From the NCBI GenBank assembly GCA_016432445.1, contig CP066689.1, forward strand, positions 960,001 through 992,000: a DNA stretch of 32,000 nt, read 5' to 3'. Origin of the DNA: Candidatus Saccharimonadota bacterium (GTDB taxonomy: Bacteria; Patescibacteriota; Microgenomatia; UBA1406; GWC2-37-13). Position numbers and translations under genes: made by a program. The notes under the pieces are model-generated. The model did no database searches. It was not told the DNA's origin and saw only the letters and a program-made list of their open reading frames with translations. This document shows, piece after piece, positions 1 to 6,135 of this stretch. Position 1 is the stretch's first letter, and each line of letters starts with the position of its first letter.

Positions 1-188
1 ATAACATCCATTTCCACTTCTTCAATTATTCCATCAACTAAAGAAATTCTTGGCTGGCTTACTTTAGTTACATTTAAAAATGCAGTAACCATAGCTGCAT
101 GATTTTTTAATAGTTGTTTTAGATCAACTTCAGGAAAAACAACATCTTCGATAGTTCCATCTATAAGTGATACTCTTTTTGTTTCCAT
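1..188 (-). CDS. hypothetical protein, C-terminus cut by the window edge
   Basis: ATG at 188-186, open to position 1. Own translation: METKRVSLIDGTIEDVVFPEVDLKQLLKNHAAMVTAFLNVTKVSQPRISLVDGIIEEVEMDV. Absent from the ORF track because it has no stop in the window. Contains a duplicated [VI]SL[IV]DG.IE[DE]V motif. No family recognised. Confidence 0.45.
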   Translation of the reverse strand, partial: METKRVSLIDGTIEDVVFPEVDLKQLLKNHAAMVTAFLNVTKVSQPRISLVDGIIEEVEMDV

Positions 189-332
189 ATTTTTTAAATT
201 AAATTTATAATCTTATCCTCCTTCGCTCAGGCTCGCCTCGTGGTTTACATCCACGCAGTCGAAACTTCGCTTCGGTAGGATTTGCCTCTGTAATACTCAA
301 CTGCACTTACGCTTGTTATCGTAAACAGAGGC
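189..332 (-). promoter_or_regulatory. structured 5' leader of unknown class upstream of the 1-188 ORF
   Basis: G+C-richer than its flanks. Visible stems: 284-290/326-332 (7 bp) enclosing 307-311/320-324 (5 bp), and 239-243/251-255 (5 bp). Lies between an intrinsic terminator and the ATG at 188. Confidence 0.3.
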
Positions 333-359
333 ATAAAAAAACCCTCCTTTCGGAGGGTA
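333..359 (-). terminator. intrinsic terminator with a possible antiterminator partner
   Basis: Minus-strand hairpin ACCCUCC-GAAA-GGAGGGU (358 to 341) followed by a U-run (340 to 335). A third GGAGGGU copy at 405-399 could pair with ACCCUCC instead. Confidence 0.65.
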
Positions 360-454
360 GCAACAGTCTAGCAATTCAAATTAGTTACGCCAGCTGACAC
401 CCTCCTTTAAAGAAGTTTGCCAATTGCGCCAATTTAATAAGTAAAAATAAATTT

Positions 455-718
455 TCATATATTTTTAAATCTACCTTTTTTAATCTCGTTTGAACCTCTG
501 GTTACAGTAGCTACACCTACTCCCAGTTTCTCGGCTATCTCATGCTGGGGAACGCCTTTTTTAAGCATTTTCACAATCTTCAATCTCCTGGAAAACTCTA
601 TTAATTCTTTAGGAGTAAACAATCCATGAAAAAAATCAATCATCTCTCTTTCTGATTTAATCTTAAGAAAAATATCGATTAAATCTTTAAGTTTTCTATC
701 AGAAACTTCATTAAACAT
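455..718 (-). CDS. TrpR/YerC-YecD family DNA-binding protein
   Basis: 87-aa ORF. The HTH segment QHEIAEKLGVGVATVTRGSNEIKKG and the LFTPKELIEFSRRLKIVKML region match the Trp-repressor-like family as I recall it. Confidence 0.85.
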   Translation of the reverse strand: MFNEVSDRKLKDLIDIFLKIKSEREMIDFFHGLFTPKELIEFSRRLKIVKMLKKGVPQHEIAEKLGVGVATVTRGSNEIKKGRFKNI

Positions 719-720
719 GA

Positions 721-736
721 TACTAGTATACTAGTA
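721..736. promoter_or_regulatory. perfect 16-bp palindrome TACTAGTATACTAGTA, putative TrpR-type operator
   Basis: Two ACTAGT hexamers separated by AT, overlapping the -10 box of the 455-718 gene. The classical E. coli trp operator core is ACTAGT-TA-ACTAGT. Confidence 0.55.
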
Positions 737-754
737 ATGTAGTACATTTGTCAA
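725..754 (-). promoter_or_regulatory. sigma70-like promoter, leaderless layout
   Basis: On the minus strand: TTGACA (754-749), 18-nt spacer, TATACT (730-725), 6 nt, ATG (718). Confidence 0.55.
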
Positions 755-761
755 ATGTAAA

Positions 762-959
762 TTATTTGGCAAGGCTGTTTATATCTATTGATGCAGGTAT
801 AAGTGTAAATGGATTATACTGGGCAAAAAGAAAATAGGTCAGAAATCCTGTCAAAAGAACAATTATAGCAAGGCTAATATAAAAATATGTTTTGTAACTA
901 GTATTAACCGCTCTTTTTACTTTAACTACTTTCTGTTTTTTTGTTTTAGTTTTTTTCAT
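762..959 (-). CDS. small membrane protein (Lys-rich N-terminus, one TM helix)
   Basis: 65-aa ORF. GGAGG lies 3-4 nt upstream of the ATG (plus-strand cctcc at 964-968). Hydrophobic stretch YFYISLAIIVLLTGFLTYFLF. Confidence 0.6.
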   Translation of the reverse strand: MKKTKTKKQKVVKVKRAVNTSYKTYFYISLAIIVLLTGFLTYFLFAQYNPFTLIPASIDINSLAK

Positions 960-1015
960 TTTTCCTCCGGTATAAAATAATCATTGCATAAATTTTTTTA
1001 AATTTCAAGACATTT

Positions 1016-1465
1016 TTAAGTTAGTTCAGCTTTCGTCAATTCTCTTTTTATATCTTCTGGTAATTTTCCGGTAACTTCCTGTGATAGTTTATTTAATGGA
1101 TGTTTTATTCCTTCAAGACTTATGGCCATTACTTCGCTTAACCATTCTGTTGCATGTTCCACTTTATCTAAACCGTATTTTTTAATTAACTCTTCAGCTA
1201 ACTCGGGAGTTATTTTAAGATCAGGATCTTTAATCGTACTATTTAAAATATCTTCAGGTTTCAACTCTTGCTTTGTTCCTCCGTTTGTATTTAATGTTTT
1301 GCCTAAATCATTAAAAACCATCGGTCTAAACACTGATCTTAAGACATTTTTACGGCTGTCATCTAACGGATCTCCACTAGGAAGACCTCTCTTAAATACA
1401 GGTACCCTGTCTAGAGTAATATCTACCATCTGCCCCAGTGATAAGTTTTTTACTTCGGTCTCCAT
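1016..1465 (-). CDS. hypothetical protein, last gene of the HD-protein operon
   Basis: 149-aa ORF whose start overlaps the stop of the upstream gene by 16 nt (translational coupling). No family recognised. Confidence 0.7.
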   Translation of the reverse strand: METEVKNLSLGQMVDITLDRVPVFKRGLPSGDPLDDSRKNVLRSVFRPMVFNDLGKTLNTNGGTKQELKPEDILNSTIKDPDLKITPELAEELIKKYGLDKVEHATEWLSEVMAISLEGIKHPLNKLSQEVTGKLPEDIKRELTKAELT

Positions 1466-3291
1466 AATTGTAAATTAGCTCTCCTTATCTCTTTTATTGC
1501 CTTAATCGTCTCGGCTATCTTAGAGTATCCCTTAGAACCTTCTCCTGCTGTAATTTTCAGCTCTTGCTCTAAATATAACTGCATGTTTGAGAGTCGAGAG
1601 TCTCCTAGTTTATGCTCTCCATCTCCTATAATAAAATCCCGAAAAAATTGATTTGAAATCAAGTCATCTACGCGCCGCTGATAGTCAGTTAACTCATGTT
1701 CACCGGCACGATTTTCTCCTATCTTGGTAATTATCTGCAGTTTACCATCAGCTGTAGCAATATTACCCTGATCAAGATCAACTTCACTCTTTTGCTTCCC
1801 TATTAAATCAGCTACAAATTTTCTAAGCTGTTCATAAGAATCTTGATTATAAAGACCAACAACTTCTTGGTGAATAGCAGACTCTTGAACAGTAATTATA
1901 ACATTTCCTTTTGTATCTATTGTAATCTCTGGTTTATTTCCACAAATCCGTCCAACATTAAATCTATAGCTTACAGGAGTTAAAGATTGGGATGCTTGAA
2001 TCAAGGCTTCTTTATCATCATTGGATAAACTTGAACTTGCCTGAATTCCTTTAACTAGCTGAGCTTGAAGAGATGAAAAAATATCTGCATCCCCTATCTC
2101 ACCAGCAGTTTTCATAAGCCTCATTATTCTTAAGGTATCCGGATAGGTATAAAGAATCTCAGGAAGTTTATCTTCAAAAACATGAGTATTATCAGCAATG
2201 TGAATAGCTGAAAGAGTATTTTCTTTTAGAGCCGCTTCATCAGTTTGACCTATATGTAAATTCACTTCTGAAGAATCATGGCTTAAGACACCTTCGTGAA
2301 TCGTCTGCAGCTGCTTTGCTGAAAAAATTTGAGTTAAAGGATCTCCCTCAAAAGCAGTTTTTTCCCGCAGATATTTAGCCGCAAGTACATTATGGCCGTC
2401 ATCTTCTCCAAATGATCGTCTATTAATGGCTAGACGAACTGGATCTGTAGCGTAACCCACATCGTGATTAATCATCACTTGATGCTGAATTAACCTATCT
2501 ACAGCTCTAACTTTTTGACCATTGCGCACCAGTTCGTTATCTATCTCTTCGCAAACTCTTATGTTATATCCAACTATATGCCTGACTCCGTGATCCCCCA
2601 GCATATTTTCTGAAGCAACTCTGTCTTGATAGGCTAAAGTCCAAATATTATCTTCCACTAAACGTAAAACAGCTTGAGCATTTAAATCTTTAGGTAAATC
2701 ACCTTCTGCTTGGGCATTGGAAATAAGTTCGAGATATCTCCTTGACTGTTCTGTTACTAATCGCTGTTTCTCAGGATTTAACCGGCCTTGCTCGCTATTT
2801 AAAAGTCTATCTATATGACGCTGAGTACTTTCTGCAATTATTTTTTGAGTTTCTTGATCATAAAATCTTCCCTGCAGTTCTGAAATATTTTCATGCTTTA
2901 AGCCGCTTTTGCCTGCGAAGGCTTCTATTTGTTTTTTTATATACCCTGCTTCTGTTCTATTATCAACATATCTTGCTTCAAGTCCAGCCATCTTCACTCT
3001 ATTTTTTTCTACATATTGTTTTTCTGCATTTTCAAGCTGTTGACTAATTACCGTTGGTTGTTTTTCAACTGGCCGACTATCAACTATATCAGTAAAAACA
3101 CCAACATTCCCAGCTGCAACACCATGCAACATATCACGTGAACCTTGAGGAACTAATCTTTCATCTTTCAAGAAAGAACCGATTTTTTCTAAAAGCGGCT
3201 CCATAGAAGGATCTCTTGGCGGCGTTACCAGTCCGCTAGGTGGCTCAGGCGCTTTTATTGGAGGCTTTATTTCCGTCATAAGAGCATTCAT
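1450..3291 (-). CDS. large HD-domain (metal-dependent phosphohydrolase-like) protein
   Basis: 613-aa ORF. Motif series: LGDHGVRHIVGY (His codon at 2592-2590), MINHDVGY (HD codons at 2466-2461), then DDGHNVLAAKYL, LSHDSS and IHIADNTH. Long non-homologous N- and C-terminal extensions. No signal peptide. Confidence 0.75.
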   Translation of the reverse strand: MNALMTEIKPPIKAPEPPSGLVTPPRDPSMEPLLEKIGSFLKDERLVPQGSRDMLHGVAAGNVGVFTDIVDSRPVEKQPTVISQQLENAEKQYVEKNRVKMAGLEARYVDNRTEAGYIKKQIEAFAGKSGLKHENISELQGRFYDQETQKIIAESTQRHIDRLLNSEQGRLNPEKQRLVTEQSRRYLELISNAQAEGDLPKDLNAQAVLRLVEDNIWTLAYQDRVASENMLGDHGVRHIVGYNIRVCEEIDNELVRNGQKVRAVDRLIQHQVMINHDVGYATDPVRLAINRRSFGEDDGHNVLAAKYLREKTAFEGDPLTQIFSAKQLQTIHEGVLSHDSSEVNLHIGQTDEAALKENTLSAIHIADNTHVFEDKLPEILYTYPDTLRIMRLMKTAGEIGDADIFSSLQAQLVKGIQASSSLSNDDKEALIQASQSLTPVSYRFNVGRICGNKPEITIDTKGNVIITVQESAIHQEVVGLYNQDSYEQLRKFVADLIGKQKSEVDLDQGNIATADGKLQIITKIGENRAGEHELTDYQRRVDDLISNQFFRDFIIGDGEHKLGDSRLSNMQLYLEQELKITAGEGSKGYSKIAETIKAIKEIRRANLQLWRPK

Positions 3292-3320
3292 TTTAATAAT
3301 TAATTAAGATAATCATATTT

Positions 3321-4292
3321 TTAAAATGTTCCTTGTTCCTGACCGATTTTATAAATCATCATACTCATCAACGCTGTCATGATTGTAAGCGTTACCAAAG
3401 GCGCCGCGCGGCCTGCTCTACTTTTCAAATCCGTCTCCAAAATTTTGATTGCCGTGTCAAGTTCAGATTTTCTCACCTGAAATTTTGCTAAATCAATCTT
3501 ATCTTGTTCTGTTTTTTCAGGCTTCCCCTTAACGGCTTTTATACCCTCAATAATATCCATACGCTCTTGATATAACATTTTTAATCTATTTATTTTTTCC
3601 ATAACCTCTGCCATTTCCGATTCTTTTTGTTTCTTTGTTTCTTTTTTAACCTCGTCTTTTAACTTCGATTTTTGTTCCTCCCTTTTTTTTGTCCAATCTT
3701 CATGTCCTTTAGAATCAGCAGCTTTATCAGGTTCAGGATTTTGCTTATCCCAATCCTGCATTATGAGATCAGTTTTTGTATCAACAATAAAATCCTGTTC
3801 TGCTTGCCAACGGTCTTGACACCATTGTTTATAAGCTTCAGGATCCCTATTTTTATCCGGCACATGATGTTCCTCATCCCACTTAGCCAAAGAAGTTTCC
3901 GTTTTCTGATCAATGAATTTTTGAGCTTCTGATGTGACCTCAGTATTTTGTGGTACAGGAATTGTAACTTCCGGTTTTACTACTGTTGCCGTTATGTCAA
4001 AATTTTCAGGAATCACTTCAGGTATATTGCTCAACTTCTCCAGTATTCCTTGAGGGTGAGCACCTTGCTTCACCTTCTCTAAACCTTGTTCAACAAAATT
4101 CGCTACTCGTAAGGCTGCCCCTGTCACTCCTTTTTCAGCTGTAACTGCTACAGCCTCAACTGCTTTAACCGCTTCCATAGCCCCAGCACCAACTGCTTCA
4201 GCTCCGACGGCTGCAACTGTTCCGCCGGCTATTACCGCTGAACCGCCCTCAATGCCTGCGGCTCCAACCGCCGCTATTATGGGTAATACCAT
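3321..4292 (-). CDS. Gly/Ala-rich N-terminus, charged coiled-coil middle, C-terminal TM anchor protein
   Basis: 323-aa ORF. N-terminus MVLPIIAAVGAAGIEGGSAVIAGGTVAAVGAEAVGAGAM is glycine-zipper-like. Lys/Glu-rich centre. C-terminal hydrophobic APLVTLTIMTALMSMMIY. The start abuts the stop of the upstream gene. Confidence 0.8.
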   Translation of the reverse strand: MVLPIIAAVGAAGIEGGSAVIAGGTVAAVGAEAVGAGAMEAVKAVEAVAVTAEKGVTGAALRVANFVEQGLEKVKQGAHPQGILEKLSNIPEVIPENFDITATVVKPEVTIPVPQNTEVTSEAQKFIDQKTETSLAKWDEEHHVPDKNRDPEAYKQWCQDRWQAEQDFIVDTKTDLIMQDWDKQNPEPDKAADSKGHEDWTKKREEQKSKLKDEVKKETKKQKESEMAEVMEKINRLKMLYQERMDIIEGIKAVKGKPEKTEQDKIDLAKFQVRKSELDTAIKILETDLKSRAGRAAPLVTLTIMTALMSMMIYKIGQEQGTF

Positions 4293-4583
4293 TTATTTAG
4301 TAAATAACCGCATCTTAGCGATCAACTCATTAATCTTTTTGTTCTCGTTAATTTTTACTATGCCTTGATACAAGGATATAAACTGATTATGTTTTTCCGT
4401 AAAGACTTTAAGAGCGGAAACTAAGGCTTGATGGTTTTGAAAAGGAAGAAAAGATAAAAAGTCTTTAGCTACGGTTCTTACTTCTTCAACTCTCATTGCC
4501 CCTGTCTTAAGCAGTAAGACTATTAATTTTAGAAGTTCTATCTCAATATTTTTAACCAGATTTGCAAGATCCATATTATTCAT
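4293..4583 (-). CDS. hypothetical small helical protein, first gene of the HD-protein operon
   Basis: 96-aa ORF. The promoter layout suggests the real start may be the second ATG at 4574. Confidence 0.7.
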   Translation of the reverse strand: MNNMDLANLVKNIEIELLKLIVLLLKTGAMRVEEVRTVAKDFLSFLPFQNHQALVSALKVFTEKHNQFISLYQGIVKINENKKINELIAKMRLFTK

Positions 4584-4610
4584 TAAACACCAGATTTAAA
4601 ATGATGTCAA
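4582..4610 (-). promoter_or_regulatory. candidate promoter of the 4583-1016 operon
   Basis: Minus strand: TTGACA (4610-4605), 17-nt spacer, TTTAAT (4587-4582), 7 nt, ATG at 4574. Confidence 0.4.
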
Positions 4611-4644
4611 ATATCTCTAATCCTTCTCTAATCAATCACACGTG

Positions 4645-4653
4645 TGGTATAAT
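4645..4653 (+). promoter_or_regulatory. extended -10 box TGgTATAAT
   Basis: TG at 4645-4646 and TATAAT at 4648-4653. Immediately preceded by the 10-bp palindrome CACACGTGTG (4636-4645). Points toward the 4777-5526 ORF. Confidence 0.4.
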
Positions 4654-4740
4654 ATTATAGGTTTTATTATCCGACTTATCCCGCATAGCATGGAATAAAC
4701 TGGATTAAAAGCACTTTTAAAATATAGTTCATTGAGTTCT

Positions 4741-4814
4741 CCACAGGAACACTTTGTAGTAGATCTTTGATCTTAGATGTTAGATCTTAGATTAAGACAG
4801 AGTGTTCCTGTTGG
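4741..4814. repeat. inverted repeat enclosing a TCTTAGA-type heptamer array
   Basis: Arms CCACAGGAACACT (4741-4753) and AGTGTTCCTGTTGG (4801-4814): 11 bp perfect, then a bulge, then 2 bp. The loop holds six 7-nt units: tagtaga, tctttga, tcttaga, tgttaga, tcttaga, ttaagac (4757-4798). Confidence 0.7.
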
Positions 4815-5526
4815 AACAAATAATTTTACAGCTGGCATAAACCAGCAGAAAGGCCATCTCATGTATGCAGATCTGGAAAAAGTAACCGTACAAGCCTGTT
4901 ATGGCATCGCCAGGACATTGGGATTCGTGGAAGAAGCCTTACCTGAGGATATTATCTCTCTACCCGACTTCAGGAAATGGCTGAAAGACCATTTTGGACA
5001 TCTAGCAGATCTCGAAATCTTCGGAAATGGAATTCCTAGCAACGCCTCCAAATCCTGGAGCTGGAACTTGGAAGATGATCAGAAAAACATATCCCGAGCG
5101 CTAATCAACTATACGTATCCTCGCCTGGATTTTCCACTCATGACCCTCATGACCCCAGGTGAAAAAATAGAAATTAATGTCTATTTGCAAAATTCACCTG
5201 AACGTGGGCCTCGCGCTGGAATATCCATCGATTATCTGACCTGCACCCCAAATAATCGCTTGCACCTACTAGATGTTTTCAAGGTCGAACTTGAATTTTG
5301 GGCGGACGGATTCAAGCCTGTGTGCACAATCTTATTTCCAGGTCTTGATCCCAGGGATCCTCACCAACGTCAGGCACTTGCAAAAATACTCTTAATTTTG
5401 CGTGCTATTCCCTCAGAAGATACTCGAACAACAGATGTTTTGGAGGTCCTGGGAAGCCGGCCTGAAACTATGGCGGGCTTTCTGGCTCTCTGCCTACTTG
5501 AAGAAGATCCATTGATCACTCAGTGA
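4777..5526 (+). CDS. hypothetical protein in a G+C-richer island
   Basis: 249-aa ORF. The ATG at 4777 lies inside the heptamer array, so ATG 4861 (MYADLEKV...) is an equally plausible start. Composition is visibly richer in G+C than neighbouring genes. No family recognised. Confidence 0.6.
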   Translation: MLDLRLRQSVPVGTNNFTAGINQQKGHLMYADLEKVTVQACYGIARTLGFVEEALPEDIISLPDFRKWLKDHFGHLADLEIFGNGIPSNASKSWSWNLEDDQKNISRALINYTYPRLDFPLMTLMTPGEKIEINVYLQNSPERGPRAGISIDYLTCTPNNRLHLLDVFKVELEFWADGFKPVCTILFPGLDPRDPHQRQALAKILLILRAIPSEDTRTTDVLEVLGSRPETMAGFLALCLLEEDPLITQ

Positions 5527-5624
5527 ACTTGTCCTTGGGGAGTGCGAGAAGATAGACAGCTCAGCTGCCTTACACGTTTTCACGTGCCATCAACCTTCTT
5601 TTTTCACTCCCCTACAATTCTCAA

Positions 5625-6086
5625 TTAAGGCAGGTGTTTTTGCAAAACTTTATGAGGATTTTTTGAAGTTTTCATTTCTTCCCGAATCTTTACGCCTTCA
5701 TATATTTCCCTCTTATGAAACGGAACCCGCACCACTTTATAGCCGGATTTTTCTAAAATACCATTGGTCCACTCATTATTGCCAAAAGCCACATCAAATT
5801 TACCAACCTTCTTTAAAACTTCATCCAGCCAGTCATCATCGCTGGGATAATCATTAATGGGAAGAATTGAAATTACTTTTTGAAGCAGATTATGTTTTTG
5901 TAATGAACGGGTAATAAACTCTTTTCTCTCTTCAAAGCTAAAAGGATTATTTTTATCTTTTACACTGGCGCTGCCGATACCAATAATAATAGAATCAACC
6001 TGTTTCAAAGCCTCATTGATCAAAAATAAATGACCTTTGTGAAACGGCTGAAACCTACCGATAATTAATCCTGTTTTACTTTTCAT
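5625..6086 (-). CDS. nadM: nicotinamide-nucleotide adenylyltransferase, archaeal/NadM type
   Basis: GLIIGRFQPFHKGHLFLINEA...IIIGIGSA...NPFSFEERKEFI matches the archaeal NMNAT signature (GRFQPFHKGH). Start taken at ATG 6086 (MKSKTG...), which removes the overlap with the upstream gene. The track ORF extends to 6155. Confidence 0.85.
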   Translation of the reverse strand: MKSKTGLIIGRFQPFHKGHLFLINEALKQVDSIIIGIGSASVKDKNNPFSFEERKEFITRSLQKHNLLQKVISILPINDYPSDDDWLDEVLKKVGKFDVAFGNNEWTNGILEKSGYKVVRVPFHKREIYEGVKIREEMKTSKNPHKVLQKHLP

Positions 6087-6135
6087 ACTGTAATTGACAA
6101 ATATTTTATAATTATGAGATAACTTTCGCACCTCT

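Noticed and set aside
215-221. GGAGGAT as the Shine-Dalgarno box of the 1-188 ORF.
   Set aside because: It lies 26 nt upstream of the ATG, which is too far for a functional SD. It can pair with AUCCU(A)CC at 281-274, so it is more likely part of the leader structure.
189-454. tRNA, tmRNA, SRP RNA or RNase P RNA in the structured intergenic region.
   Set aside because: I could not find a T-arm (GTTCRANYC with a flanking 5-bp stem), a tmRNA-like GGGG start or CCA-proximal acceptor, GGAAAGTCC-type RNase P boxes or the SRP GGAA/AGCA helix-8 pattern. An Infernal scan would be decisive.
4741-5624. Insertion sequence or integrated mobile element explaining the G+C-rich islands (also 11790-12760).
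   Set aside because: There is no transposase, integrase or recombinase ORF, no terminal inverted repeats bracketing the islands and no adjacent tRNA. Only compositional evidence of foreign origin remains, and this is reported as a finding rather than as a mobile_element feature.
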